A DNA stretch of 64,000 nucleotides from Octopus sinensis (GCF_006345805.1 NC_043003.1:100440001-100504000), one strand, 5' to 3'. Counted from the stretch's first letter, positions 37,500-52,229 are shown. The notes: generated from the letters alone by a model not told the origin. Made by a program: numbers and translations.

Positions 37500-39240
37500 C
37501 AAAGCAATATATATATATATATATATAATCTGCAACACCAACTTCAGAAAGCCAGCCAGTCACCTAATAACCTTTCAATCAGGTGACCACACTAACCACA
37601 TTGATTACATTCTCTCCAGAAAGTGTGATACATGGTTACTCATAAATACAAAGACCTTCCCTGGCAAAGAATAGTCATTTGTGACTTTAAACTTCAGGCT
37701 AGAAGGGTTCCAAGTAGTAGACCTCTCTGGAGAAAATGGATTTGGAATCTTAAGGATCCAGAGATTTAGGGATGGAAACTTTAACAAAGAGGAGGATGAA
37801 CTACAGACTAGTAACATAGAACAGCTTGCTGAGCATCACAGACAAATCTGTGGCTGGTACAAAGTCCCAATCGAACCTAAGGTGATATGGTGGTGGAATG
37901 ATGTTGTAGACAAGGCCATTAGAACAAAGAAAGAGGCCTAGGAGGACAAGAAGAATGGTGGTAGCAGAGAGCTATATCAAGTAGCTAGGAGGGAGGCTAG
38001 AAGACAGGTATACTTTACCTGGGGAAAAGCAGAAAAGAAGGAGTTTGTCAATGCTTTGCGGTGTGAGGATCAGAAGTTTGAAGTGCTTCAGATTGCAAGA
38101 TTAGTGTGTCGGAGAAAACCATGATGTTGTAGGAGAGAAGTGTGTTTACATGGATGATTCTGCAAAGTTAGTTCGCAGTTAGTGATCTTGCAAAGAAAGA
38201 GGCTTGGAAGTGCCACTATGAAAAGCTGCTAAATGTAGAGAATGCATGGGAGAAGGAGACCCTACCTAATATGAACCCATCAAGGGGGGCAGTTATCAGA
38301 ATCAACAGTAGCTTAGTAGATAAACCTATGAAGGATATGAAGACAGGGAAAATTCCCAGCCCATCCGGAATCACTGCTGAGATGCTTAAAATATCTTATG
38401 GAATGGGATATGACCTAGTCACCTGTATAGTTAATCAGGTTGTGCATAAGTGAGTCATACCCAATGATTGGAGTAGTAGCATTATAGGCAACTGCTACAA
38501 AGGCAAAGGTGATGCCTTAGACAGAAATAATTACAGAGGCATCAAATTGCTGGACCATGGAATAAAATTTTCAGAAAGGATCATAGCTTAATTAATTAGG
38601 AAGAGAGTTAGCCTAGATGACATGCATTTGGGATTTGTACCAGGTAAAAGCATGACTCATGTTATATTCTTGGTAAGGCAACTGCAGGAGAAGTATTTAG
38701 CCAAAAATAAACCTTTGTAGTGGGATTTTGTTGACATGGAAAAAGCCTTTGGACAGGGTCCCCTGCTTCTTTATCTGGTAGTCAGTATAGAAACTAAGGA
38801 TAGATGAGTGGTTAGTGAGAGCTGTACAAACCAAGTACAGGGACGCTGTCAGTAAAGTGAAAGTCACCAATGAGTATAGCAAGAAATTTAGTGTACAAAT
38901 AGGAGTCCACCATGGATTGGCTCTCAGGTCCCTCATGTTTATCATGGTCTTTCAAGCTATAACAGAGGAATTTAAGACTGGCTTTCCTTGGGAGCTCCTC
39001 TACACTGGTGACCTTGTTCCTATTGCTGAATTACTACAAGAACTAGAGAAGAAAATTCAGGTATGGAAGCAAGGCCTGGAATCAATGGGCCCTAGAGTTA
39101 ATTTAGCAAAGAACAAAGTCCTAATAAGTAGGAAAACAGACAAGCTACAGCTCTTTTCAGGGAGATGACCCTGCTAAATATGGATTTATGCCAGACAGAA
39201 GTACCACCAATGCTATATTCCTGGTGCTCCCTTATATATA
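37500..39240 (+). mobile_element. Decayed RTE LINE fragment, same family as 19952-23450
   Basis: CNTNFRKPASHLITFQSG..NHIDYIL, FVDMEKAF and TEEFKTGFPWELLYTGD motifs with many lesions. Confidence 0.85.
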
Positions 39241-41321
39241 TCATGGTGATATATATATATATATCAGTGCCCATCAGTACAATGACAGAAGGCAGTGAGG
39301 GAAGAGTTAAACTTCAACTGGTTATAGTGGTGTTAGCTATAGAAGCATGTAATATTACTAATACAACTGAAAGCCCAACTTTAATGGGAACAAATAAAAA
39401 TAAATAAATGAAATATAACGTTTCATCAGGTTAGAGTAGAGTGAATTATATAGCACATGGAAATGAATAAAGTAATAATGAATAATAGATCCTGTAATAA
39501 ATGATAGAATAAAGTAGATAAATAAAAATGTTAGGTAAAGAAATCTGGTAAGGTAAAGAAATTTGGAAAGATAAGAATATGAAATTATAATAGCTGTTAA
39601 ATACATTATAAGGCAAATGAGATACAGAAACATGCCATAAGGGAGGAGTATATTCCATAAATTAGATAAAATAAAGGAATATGATGATGAGGTAGACATA
39701 GTATCCTAAATTAAAGTGAGTTTACACCTTATCCAAATAACATATTCATGAATATAAATTTTTTGCTAGTTAACTACATTAAGACCTGTCCTGGAGTAAA
39801 ATGTAAGAGATCTGAGGGAACAATGGACACTAGAAAAAAATGCTTGACATTAGTTATTTAATCATTTTGCTGCAACTGAGTATATATTACACAAGCTATA
39901 AGCCAGGTGAGGTGTAGAACTATGAATTAATAGACAAGAGTGGGGAAAGAATCTATGAAGAAATCTATGAAAAAATAAATGAATACAATAAACAAATATG
40001 ATGATATGTTAATAAACCATTTAATTAAGTGAACCTATCCCCTATCTGAACAACATATCAAAGAAAATAAATTGGAAGGTAGCTATATGGGGTAGTTATC
40101 CTACTTCATCTGTATTTGTGGTAAAATTTGCATGTTTTAAAGAATTTGTGTACATAATGCCTTGTGATGCTTTTTTAATAATTGTGCTGAGTTATGGGAC
40201 AGTATATACAAAGACTCTTTCAAACAAACCAACATGCATTGGCCCTGGTATAGAGGACAAGAGTGAATGATGGACCAAGCTATATTGTGTAGTATGTTTC
40301 TTTCCTAAGTTAGTGTTTGTATTCTGCCAGAGAAGTTGATTTACTATGTTTTTTGTGTCTAAATGAGTTTAAATGTGGTGTGTATCTTTGTTTAAAATTA
40401 ACAAAAGCTCCAATATAAATTTTAGTGGAGTTTTGGAGCTTATTTAGGACTGGACACTTATAATACTATGTTAGACCTTTTGCAGTGAGCTTGTAATGAG
40501 CATTTGTCCCATATGTTGAAGTTACACTAGAAGATATGTGATTCATTAATCTTTCTACTAAGTGTATTACAATTAGTATAATTAGAAAATATATGATGGG
40601 CTAAATTAGATCAATCTGATTCACTTGCCAAGTATATGCTATTTTCACTACTATCTATGCCTTTATCATAAGTATTGATGATAGTAGATATAGGTGTTCC
40701 TAACCCTTGAGAGGAGGTAAATGTGGTATTATTGACATGGCTAATGGTGTTATCCCTATTATTGCAACTAGTACAATTGTTGTTGTCACTATTATTATTG
40801 TACTTATTATTATTACTATTATTGTTGTTGTTGTTGTTATTTGTTATTGCAAATATCATGACACACCCTGTGAGAATGGACTAGCTGAACTTGTATAAGT
40901 AGCAGCATGTTTGACTGAGAGCAAGAGATGAGAAATTGCAGGAAGTCAAAAGATGCTGTCTGTGAGTTCGTGAAGTTGCAGGAAATTGTTGTAAAGTTCT
41001 TATAATTCACTGAGAGTTGTTTTGGATTGGTTACAGTTGTTGGCAGAGTATTTAGGAATACATCAAGTGGAGACAATTGGTGTCTCCATTATTAGTGCAC
41101 AATACTAAGGTGACATATACAGAAATCACATTATAAAATCATTACTCGTACCACTACTATTACCACTACCACCACTATTACCAGTACCATTCTCACTGTT
41201 AGTATTCTAATGAATATTATTATCATTTCCATTATTATTACCATCAATGATATTATTACCATTATTATTATTATCATTACTATTACTGGTATTATTATTG
41301 TTGTTTTTATTGTTGCTGTTG

Positions 41322-41359
<38 letters not shown>

Positions 41360-41371
41360 GTTATTATTATT

Positions 41372-44125
41372 AATTTTTAAGACATCACACAGTATCCAAT
41401 ATTGTGATGTTGTTATTTGGAGATATAGTGCCTACTGGGGGTTTGTACTGTCTGTCAAGTCACAACAAGGACCTCCGACTGACAATACTTTACACAATAT
41501 GCATGCAGTTCCAAGTCATGCTGATTTTTGCCATACACCTAGATTGTAGGGGATTTTGAAAGTTTCCAGATGTTTCTTCAGGTATTGAACCCAATGCTCC
41601 AATGACAATAGGGACAACCTTTATGTTTGACTCTTGTAGCTGCCACATCTTGGTGATCTCTACTCCCAGGTCTCCATATTTATCCATCTTTTCTCTTTCT
41701 TTCATGCCTGCACTTGTACTCTCTCTGTGCAAGACTTTCACAAGTACTAACAATGTGGATTACACTTTTGACCCTCTTCCCTCACATTCTGCAGAGATTC
41801 ATAGCAATTGTGTGGTACATATCCCTTTCCACTGAGTTGGTATTCAATGTCTGGTCCTGGGCAGAGAGGATTAGACTTTCAGTCATCTTTTTTAGGTCAC
41901 TCTTGCTAAGCCACCTCCATGATGCTCCCTGGTCTTTTAATTTGTTAGTTTCATGATGGAACTAACCATGTAAATCCATGCGAAGTAGAGTTTCTTCTCT
42001 CTCATTGACTATTCATGATCAGAATTCATTAGCACTTTCAAGTCCATTTTTGCTAAATCCTTCTACATTAGCAGTATACTGTAGCAGGTCTTGCTTGCTG
42101 CTTACCAAATATTCTTCTTTCACTGTTGATGCACTCCCATACGCTAATCAGCCCACATCCATCTTTACACCTCTTCATGTAGAGCCTATGTACATTCACC
42201 TTAGGGTGGAGGGCACCATGCATTGTCATTGTCTTTTGGGTAGTGTGATCGAGTTGGTTAATCTCTGCTCATGTCCATTTCAGGATGGGTGCACTATAGC
42301 AGACTGCAGCAACTTCCCATATGTTGATGGCAGTCACAGGGTTCTTTGGGTTCAGTTTTGATTTTAAAAGAAGTTTGGGGTGCTTCAAATATGCAGTGAT
42401 GACCTTGTCTTTCATTTCTCTGTGCAAGATATTGCCCAGCTCTAGGATCCCAGGTCTTCCATTCTCTCTCCATTTGGCAATTCTATGCCCCTGCAATCTG
42501 CTCTTTTCTCCCATTTCAAAGTGAGCACCACACACTTCGAGATACTGAATTCTATCCCTGTATCCTTGCACAGTCTCAGTCAGCCTCTCCATTTCAGGCT
42601 CTGTTTTTGTGAACAGTTTTACATCATCTATGAAGAGAAGGTGGTTGAGACATGGTCCATTCTTTCTCATCTCATAGTGTGCATTGACTACAGAAAGTGG
42701 GATAATGGCTATAACAAATAGCAAAGGTGAGCAAGAGTCTCCCTGGAAGATACTTCTTTTGCTTGTTACCTTGGCTAAGAGCTGGTTGTTGCAGAAAAGA
42801 TGTGTTTTCCAACTAAGCATGCTGTTCTTAATCAGTGCACACACATTCTCAGCTATTCTACACATGTCAAGTGTTTTTAAAATCCATGAATACAACAACA
42901 TATCGTAAGCTTTTTTAAAGTCTATCCAAGCTATGCACAAGTTTTTCTGGTATTAGTTGCAGTTCTTCATTACAACCTTGTCTATCACAAAGTGGTTCTT
43001 GGTGCCCTTGGATCTTTTTTTCATCCCTTTTGTTCTACTGGAAGGAGATCGCATTCTGCAAGTAATGTATATATTTTCCCTGTGAGGATGCCTGTTAACA
43101 CTTTCCATAAGAGGTCAAGGCAAGCAACGGGTCGGTAATTGTCAACCTCATTGCCCTTTGATCGATCTTTCATCAACAATGTTGTCTTTCTCTCTACAAT
43201 CCACTCTGGAACTGCACCACTCTGCAGGCAATTACCTAATTACAATGCAATTTGCTTGTGTGTTGAACTAAACCACTTGAACCAGTAGCCTTGAATTCCA
43301 TCAGGTCCTGCTGCTTTCCAGTTTGGCAGTTTTGAAATCTGTGAAATTACATCTTCCGTTGTTATGTGCATATGGTCCTGTCATGGAACCTCTGGGTGAT
43401 GGAATTCAGATCTCACAGAATGAATCTACTCAGCACTGTGATTGTGGGAAACTTCTTGTCTCCAGATGTTATTTCAAAATTGGTGGGTTTCCTCTGCTTC
43501 AGGAGTTATATTATCTTCTCTACCTCCTCCTAAGCCCTTAAAAAACTGCCTCTGTTTTGCTGGAACTATCATATGCAATCAGTGTAGCATTGCATATTTA
43601 ATGTTTTTGCCCACATACATTGTTTTAGGGTTTCAATAAGTTTTGAATCCTGCCTGTTCTATTTGGTATTTTGCATCAAGATATGCCCTTGCACCGTTTT
43701 TATCATTTTTCCATTGCCCCATTCTTCAGTGCAACTCAGATCTTTATGCAAAGTTTTAACATTGCCTCCAATTCTCTGCTTCCACCATGGTTCCTTCTGT
43801 CCATCTGCTCTCCTCTCTTTCTTTCCAACCAGTTCACCTACTAAAATTGAAGTGGATCTGAATCGAGTCCCTTGTTTCCATTAGATCTTTTCTCAGAATC
43901 TCATCAGCCTTTTGGGTTGTGCATTTCACATTATTATGGTTGAAGCTTCTTAAATTCACCAGCTTGGATTCTGTTCATGTACTTATTTTATACTTGGGTC
44001 TTATCCTGAGGCTTTTCTGTTCCTCAGTTATATCCTCTTGTAATACAAAGTTTTCTACATTATATTGACTCGGCCTCTCCTCTACTACAACTTTACTTTG
44101 CCTATGCATTCACTGATCTTCTAAT
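41372..44125 (-). mobile_element. 5'-truncated R4/Dong-like RLE retrotransposon ending in a (TAA)n microsatellite
   Basis: RT CIAWIDFKKAYD...IFQGDSCSPLLF...HLLFIDD; RLE EKMDKYGDLGVEITKMW..VVPIVIGALG; (TTA)n tract on the plus strand at ~41220-41371. Confidence 0.88.
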
Positions 44126-44145
44126 TATTATTACTATTCTCTAAC

Positions 44146-44356
44146 ACGGCAAGCTTGCAGAACTGTTAGTACACCGGGTGAAATGCTTAGTGGTATTTTG
44201 GCTGACACTACATCCTGAGTTCAAATTCCGCTGAGGTCAACTTTGCCTTTCATACTTACAGGGTCAATTAAATAAGTATCGGTTATGCACTGGGGTCGAT
44301 GTAACTGACTCAATCCCTTCCCCCAAATTTGAGGCCTTGTGCTTCCAGTAGAAAGA
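44146..44356 (+). mobile_element. tRNA-derived SINE, CpG-decayed paralogue of 13328-13531
   Basis: CTGAGTTCAAATTCCGCTGAGGTCAACTTTGCCTTTCAT...TAAATAAGTA. Confidence 0.75.
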
Positions 44357-44399
44357 ATTATTACTATTCTCCTTAGATGGGGTTGATGAGTTATGTCTT

Positions 44400-45000
44400 T
44401 TAAATTTGTGCTTATTAGATGCAACTATGATGGATTCGATGCTTGGTGTAGTGGAATAGAATAATTTAAGTGTGGATTAAAGATTGAGTGTGGTGGGAAG
44501 TTTGAATTGATAATGGTAAAGAATTGCTGGGTCAGGCCCTTAACATTTAAAGAGAAGTGGAGTTTATACTAGAGTATATTTCTCTCCCCACTTCTAATAA
44601 GAAATCTGGGGGGGGGGGTAGAATTCAAGTTTCCAGTGGGTATTTGGGATGTAACTCTATCTTTAGGATTATATTTTGCATGAGTTATTTTGAGGTGTGG
44701 CAGAAGCATTCAGTAAGTTATTTGTTGTGGTGCAGGGTATTGAGCTGAGGGTTCTTATTTCTAGTGGGGAGTGGTATCGTTATTGTTTTGGGGTACCTAG
44801 AATTAAGATTTAATTGCACTAGGTAGTTCTTAGGCTTTGTGTTAGACAAGATTGTAATAGGTGGTGTGGTTATTAAACTTTTCCTCATTTGCAGGCAAAT
44901 CATGAATCCTAATAAAAATACCTCTAATGACACTATTTAAAATATATCTATGGGGATTAGAGTGAAAATTGATGTAATTCAGGTATTTGATAGGTTTATG
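44400..45000 (-). mobile_element. Possible Penelope-like element relic
   Basis: Broken frames with TITIPLPTRNKNP-like segments reminiscent of the PLE RT-endonuclease linker; weak. Confidence 0.25.
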
Positions 45001-45244
45001 GTATGGGGATTATACCAGAGCATTTAAATCTAAGATTACATTGAGGAAGTCAGCTTTTTTAGTGCAGTCCTCAAATGTCATCACTGTATATTTGAAGCTA
45101 AAGTTAGCAAAGAACTTATGGAGGGCCTTTCTAGTTTTCTGAAGAGCTGATGTGGAGAGACCAGTAGTGACCAAGAGAGCGTTGTCTCCATGAAGGACTT
45201 TACAGAAATGATCATGATGATCATCATATTCTGAACATCAGCAT

Positions 45245-46105
45245 GATGGTCATGATCATGATCATGATCATGATCATTATCATTGTTCGACCGTGGTCGA
45301 GACAATGGAATTTACTATGTTACGCCAGACCTCACAGTCCATCATAGCATTACAGAGGTCCTGTTGCTGGATGCCTGTATCCCTGGAGATTACATCAGGG
45401 TAGGAGAGCGTGTGCCCTCTGGTATCGCGAGCAGATGGCTTCCAGAGGAAAAGAGTAGAAATTACCTCGTTTTCAGCTCTACAACAATGTCCAGCAAACT
45501 GGACTCTTCTACCTTTCACAAGAGATGACATAGGTGGTAGTTTCCCATATATTTGTACTTTGGTTGGATGACGCTTCCACAAGAGATTTTGAGCTCTCAT
45601 AATGAGGTGAGTGTAAGTTCCATCCAACCACCTCTCAAGCTTCTTTGATAACGTCCAGGTTTCTGAGCCATATAGTAGAATTGGTTCAACTGTGGCTTTG
45701 AAGATTTTAAGTTTGAAATCTCTACTTAGATTTGATGACCAGATCTTATGCATATCATTACAGGTTGTAGATAGGTACAAGATGTTTGAAATCCTTAAGC
45801 TCTATGGGATTGCAGACAAAATCATCTCTGCCATCAAGGTCCTCTACACAGATACGTCTTCAACCATCTTAACCCCTGATGGGAAAACATCATCATTCTC
45901 AAACAAAACCAGAATACTGCAGGGAGACACACTCGCCCCATTTCTCTTCATCATTGTCATTGACTATGTGCTACATATTTCAGTTGATACCATTTCTGGC
46001 AAGGGCTTTGAAATAAAACCTAGAAGTTCCAGACACCCAGCTGAACACTTAACAGACACTGACTTTGCTGACGACATCGCTCTTATCAGTGATTCTCTCT
46101 CCAAT
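45245..46105 (-). mobile_element. RTE-X-like LINE with an inverted 5' segment
   Basis: 45281-45765 (minus) encodes CNDMHKIW...VEPILLYGSETW...RVQFAGHC up to a (TGATCA)n tail; 45766-46100 (plus) encodes VDRYKMFEIL...LQGDTLAPFLF...FADDIAL. Confidence 0.85.
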
Positions 46106-49100
46106 CATCATCATCATTAACAACAATGTCATCATAATCTTCAATATCATTTTTATCATCAAATAGATAAATAAATAAAAAATAAGTCAGTTATAAATAA
46201 TTAAAAAAATATATTATAAAGACATTTAACTGTTGGACAAGTTTTATTACCTGAATTGAAAACCAACATGAGTTAGAAGAGAGAAATTTGAGTTCAAATT
46301 GACACTTTAAAATAAAAGCTTGAACAAAATCTTATAGTGACACTGAAATTGCAGTGAAACTATGTCTACATTTGGTTTAAATCAATGATGGCTTGACAGG
46401 TTTAATAACAAATGGAAACAAATTGATAAATGTTTAAAATTTACATCAGTTTCAAAACCTCTATCATTTATAATATACAACTTTTCTTTTTAATTCATCA
46501 ATGTCCATTGTTCAACAGACAAATAATCAACAACTTTTATAAAAAAAAAAGGATGGGGCCTGATTCTGTATAATAACAGCACAATCTAGCAACATCTACA
46601 AAAATAAATGCATCCATAAAACAATCCATAGGGTTTCTTTTTTAAAATAAAATAAAAATAAAATTGACTGTAAAGGGTGAAAACAGTTAACATTGATTGA
46701 AGATAGATTTCAGACAGAGAATAATAGTTTTGCTTCTAACAATTAATTAACCCATATTCAGACAAACTTATGTAAACTGATTATATTATTGGTTTATTTC
46801 AGAAATAGGGTTATATAAATCAAATAGTCAATATAATCTTTTTTTCTTTTTCCATTTTATATAAGAAAATCATTTTTTAATTGAAATTCTTTTCAAGAAG
46901 ACACTTAAATTTTGATTTACAAAAGGTTTTCCATGGAGGGAAAACAAAATTCTTCCCATATGTACATAGTAATAAAGTAAATTTTACAATGGACATATAT
47001 TACATTGATTGTTCTTTTTTTTAGCGACCATCGTTTTTTTTTTCTTTTGACATAATTTATTCTGTTTGAGATTTGACTTAGCTTCAATACTGTACAGTTT
47101 CCTTTGAGATGAATTATTCTGTTTGATTTTCATATTTAGTTTACTTAATTTTACTGTAATATACTATTTAAAAACTGTCTTATAATGTCACTAAAACCAC
47201 ACACATGTTAATAATGTAACTTTTATTTGGCAACATTTAGAAAATAAACACTAAATCATACAGAGAAAATCTTAAGACCTATAATCTAAACAAAGGTTAC
47301 ACAGCAATATATATCGTTGTAGTGTTTGGTAGGGATTGTTAAGTTTATCTCTTTTTTTTGCTTTGAGATCATTTATATTTGGAGTTTGAGCAAACTTTGC
47401 TTGTGTCACTATAAGAAATCACTATCATTATTTTTTATTACTATTTTTGTGTTTCTAGCATTTTACTATTCAGTTAATGTAAGAGATTTGATAGTAGCTA
47501 TAAGGCTTTGAACTAAACCGTCCCATTACATTGTTATTAATTATGGTGGGATGTATGAGGGTCAGAAAAAACCCATTTTCTCTAGTTAAATAAGTAAAAT
47601 AGTTAAGTGGAAACTATAACCTATAATATTATGTAATAATATTGAATTTTTCTCAAAACTATAAAATAGCAAGGTTATACTTGGATCTACTATGACAAAG
47701 AAATGCACTTCATGATAGACAACTGTTACTAAAACAAGTTTCTGTTAATGTACTCTACACATCTTATGATGCAGTCCAAAGGAACATCTCTCGGGAATTA
47801 TTTCTAGCCTAAACTTACTGTAAATATTTTGTAATAATATCATGTTCAATATAGTTTAAATTTCAATTGGAAGTAATATCAGTGAGTAAAGGCAACCAAA
47901 AGAACTGGTGTAAAATTGAAAAATAGCATGAAAAATAATAATGGGTAAGGTAGGATCTTTTCATGAAGAATTTTATAATGAAGTAAGAAATATTACAAGT
48001 GCTATAAATTATACATGATTTTCATTTCAAGGGAAAAAAATATTTAAAAAATCACTGGTATGATTTTAGTTAAATTGCAACAAGTTTTTATTTAAAAATT
48101 CATAAAATTGAAATTGATTTTATTTCTAATATAATTTCTATTCTGTCCTGATTACTCACAATTCTGTTTTACTTCAAATATAGTTGATGTTAAAAAAATT
48201 AATATACAAATAAAACAATAATATAATTTTGTTGTGTCTGGGAAGAGTCATAGTGCCTTAATATAACACACTCACTGGTTCAATTTCCACTCATTTAGTT
48301 ATTTATTTATTCCAGAAAGCTTTTTCATTGCTGCATTTGTGACTGTATCAATGAATTTTGACTCTGATTATCCAAAGTCAACATCCATTGATATGGTCAC
48401 AAATGTGGTGATGAAAAAGTTTTCTGGAATAAATAAATAAATAAATAAATGAATGGAAATTGAATTGGTGAGTGTATTATATTAAGGCTCTGACTTTTCG
48501 CAGACACAACAAAATTTGTTTCAATGCAAGAATTTACACAAGGAATCTTGCAAACCAGATACAAAAACAATAATATAAAGCTTTTTATATAATAATACTT
48601 TCCAAGCAATTAAGAAAATAAACTGAGAAGATTGTGTACAAACAGTTTTCTGTGAATAAGGAATAGTTTAACATAAGTATATATTACTATACATCAGTAT
48701 ATATTATTCCAGTAAAGTAGAACATCAGTATATCTTATTCTGGTACTTTTTAGAGCAGACATGTGCACTGTGGAAGTAGCAAATTGTAGCATCAGAAAAA
48801 TTCTTTGCAAAATTACTTTTGTGTCATTACATTCTAAGTGCAAATTCCACCAAGGGAAAATTCCTTCCACTCTGTCAAGGTTGATAAAATAATACACCAG
48901 TCCATAACATAATTGTTGCACAATTGTCACAACATTGAACAAAATATTTTAGGCATTTGTACTGGCTATACATTCTGAGTGTCAAGATGTTGCAGCCTTT
49001 ATTTAGCCAACAAAATGATGTCTTGTCAAAAAAAAAAAAAAATAGCTGACAAAGGACAATGGGAAACTATCTTTGTATTTGCCCATAGAAATCCATGGCA

Positions 49101-49519
49101 AGCACTTAATTTTAGTGAAGGAAGACACCAGCAGTCATTTGTTGACCAGATGCATAGGAAGAAGTAAAGTATGTACTATTGCTATGATTTAGCTAAATAT
49201 TTGTCTTAATTATACTGATAATCAAAGTGCTCAAGTCACGAACACCTTGTCTTCATATATTAAAGACTGCATTATCTTTATTTCAGAGTTGTGGTTGTTA
49301 TTTCTAACAGGGAGCTTAGCAATAAAGGCCTGAATTAGATTTATGTGACACAATATCTGTGTGTGTGTGTGTGTGTATGTGTGCATGCACACACACAGAC
49401 ACACACACACATATATAACTGAATCAACTATTGGATGTGGTTACATACCCCTGGTTACAATGTACTTCCTTGCAACCTAACCACTAGGCCACTTGCCATC
49501 ACATGTGTGTGTGTGTATA

Positions 49520-49550
<31 letters not shown>

Positions 49551-49599
49551 CATACATACATACATACATATAATGACAACTGGAAATTTCTATAAAATA

Positions 49600-49978
49600 A
49601 TCTGCTAAGGGCAATGGATCAGACATGAGGCTGGAGCAAGATTCTAGCTAAGCTAAAAGTAACACAGAGGTGGAATGATAAGGTTGATAGGGCAGGCAAG
49701 GCTAAAAGACAGACTTAGAAAGCCTGGAAAGAAGGTGGTAGTTGGGAGCATTATCTAATGATTAGAAAGGTGTCTAGGTGACATATATTTGATGGAAAAG
49801 TGAGGCAGAAAGTGAGGCAACATGAGGATCAGAGGCATAAAGTATTATGGATGTTGAAGGCACACTCATTGTTGATATGCAACAAATGAAACTGGTGGTG
49901 AAATGCTATTATGAAAGATTGCTGAATATAAAGAACACAAGCTAAACAAGGCCTGAATTAGATTTATGTGACACAATA

Positions 49979-50032
<54 letters not shown>

Positions 50033-50177
50033 CATGCATAGACACACACACACATATATAACTGAATCAACTAGACTATTGGATGTGGTTACATACCCCT
50101 GGTTACAATGTGCTTCCTTGCAACCTAACCACTAGGCCACTTGCCATCACATGTGTGTGTGTGTGTGTGTGTGTATA

Positions 50178-50215
<38 letters not shown>

Positions 50216-51430
50216 ATGCTGACTCAGTAGAAGGACCAGTAATTCAAATTGACAGCAGCGTGATAGATTAAATAAACAAAGATATAAAGAGAGGGAAATC
50301 TATGGGTCTAATCAGGGATACTTAAAATAGTTGGAGAGGTAGGATACAAGGTTACCACCTGGGTTCAAGTCATTTAGGAAGGTGTCATACCCAATGGCTG
50401 GTGTAGCAGCATCATCATAAACTACTACAAGGCCAAAGGAGATGCCTTAGAGAGAAGCAACTCTAGATTAATAAAACTACAGGACAAGGTTATGAAGGTC
50501 TTGGAGAGAGTCATAGCCCAACTGATTCATGACAGTGTAGACCTAAATGAGATGCAGTTTGGTTGTACCTCTTGAAGAGGCACCACAGATGCAATTTTCC
50601 TACTTAGGTAATTGTTGGAGAAATACTTGGCTAAGAATAAACCACTATTCTTGAATTTTGTTAAATTGAAGAAAACTTTTGACAAGATACCATGCTTAAG
50701 AATTTACTGGTCACTGAGGAAACTAGTGGGAGAGGAATGGTTTTGAGGATGATACAAATTGTGTACAAGGATGCAGTAAGTGAGTGTCAGCAATGATTTC
50801 AGTGACAGATTTAGTATGAAAGTAGGAGTCCATAAAGTTTCAGTTCTCAGCCCTCTCCAATTCATCATAGGCCTATAGGTCATCACACTCCTATATAATG
50901 ATCTAGTTCTCATAGCTGAGTCTATGAGGAAATTAGAAAGGAAATTCCAGGTATGGAAACTAACTTAGAATTGAGAATTCTTAAGGTAAACCTAGCAAAC
51001 ACAATGGTCTTAGTAAATAGGAAAGAAGACAAGACCTTGGTACCTTCAGGCAAATAGCTTTGTTCAGCTTACAGAAAAGGAGTAGGTATAAACTGCATAT
51101 GCTGTAGCTAATGCAAGCTATGAACACACAAGAGATGTTATGGAATTACAGGCAGGCTATTGAAGAATGTAAGCTTTGTATGTGACAGATGTATTGGAAC
51201 AGTGTGTAGGAGCACACTGGAAATAGTTTCTCTTAAATACCCAAATGGTTCACTAGAAGTAGTTGATACTTTTCATTACCAAGGAGATGTAATTAGCAAG
51301 GGAGATGGTTGCTCTAAGAATATAGTAGCCAGAGTAAGAACAGGTTATTGAAAGTTCACGGAGTCAATACATCTGCTAATGACAATGACATCTTCCTTGC
51401 TATGGATATGAGATGCACATGGATAAGGAC
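49600..51430 (+). mobile_element. Decayed RTE LINE fragments containing a duplicated local segment
   Basis: NADSVEGPVIQI, QDKVMKVLERVIAQL, GVHKVSVLSPL and LEVVDTFHYQGDVI remnants. Confidence 0.7.
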
Positions 51431-52229
51431 AACTGTATAAAGAACTATCAATCACTAAAGGTGGATGGAACTTGTGGAAGAGAGAGAGACACGCACAGAG
51501 GAAGACAAAGGACAAGGTGGTAAAGACCAATCTCATGACGTTCAACCTCACAGAGAAAAACACAAAGGACCAAGATGGCTACTTAATATGCAGTTTTTGA
51601 GAAGACCAGCCCACATCAGTGTAACTGAGCTCCAGAGAACTGAGTGTGTGTGTGTGTATAAGCACAATTCTTCCCAATTCCCTTTCGGCTAACTCTTCAG
51701 CCATCACTTTGCTAACTTTAGTTTCTCTTTGATACCACTTTTCTTACTGCCAGAACCAGTTCCCTCATTATCCATCATTCATCTATTAATTTTGATCTCC
51801 ACCCATATTTACAATGATCATCCCCTACCTTCCGCAGTGTCATCAAATTATCTCTCATTTCCTCTATCTTTCATCCCATCCTCTTCGTACACTAACTTTA
51901 CCCCACTCTTTATTCTTCTAGCATAAAGTTCAACAGAACTTTATAAGGAAATAAAGATAAAGAAGTTATAACTTCAAAAAAGAAATTATATTAAACTAGA
52001 TTAACACAATTATTTATCTATATGTATGTGAAATTTAATAGGACTCTTCTTGTATATACATTAGGAATTTATTATTAGTATATACAATAGTAATGAGCCA
52101 ACTTTATTAATTTCAATCACTGTGGCATAATTTATTGTTTGGTAGTAAAGAGAATTTGAATTCATGCTTTAATTTATAATTTCCCAATTTATAATTTCTT
52201 ATAACAGCACTTACTAAACATTGCTTGTC

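Noticed and set aside
39410-39440. CTGATGAAACGTT on the minus strand, like a hammerhead with stem II deleted
   Set aside because: No stem I or stem II support; could be chance.
40611-41076. Asn-rich and adjacent minus-strand ORFs
   Set aside because: Driven by an (AAC/AAT)n microsatellite; no convincing splice context or homology.
46990-47910. Cluster of possible minus-strand exons (NLNYIEHDIITKYLQ; TQAKFAQTPNINDLKAKKRDKLNNPYQTLQRYILL; KIKQNNSSQRK...*)
   Set aside because: Phases cannot be joined with good splice sites, one piece has an in-frame stop, and no protein family is recognisable. Needs RNA evidence.
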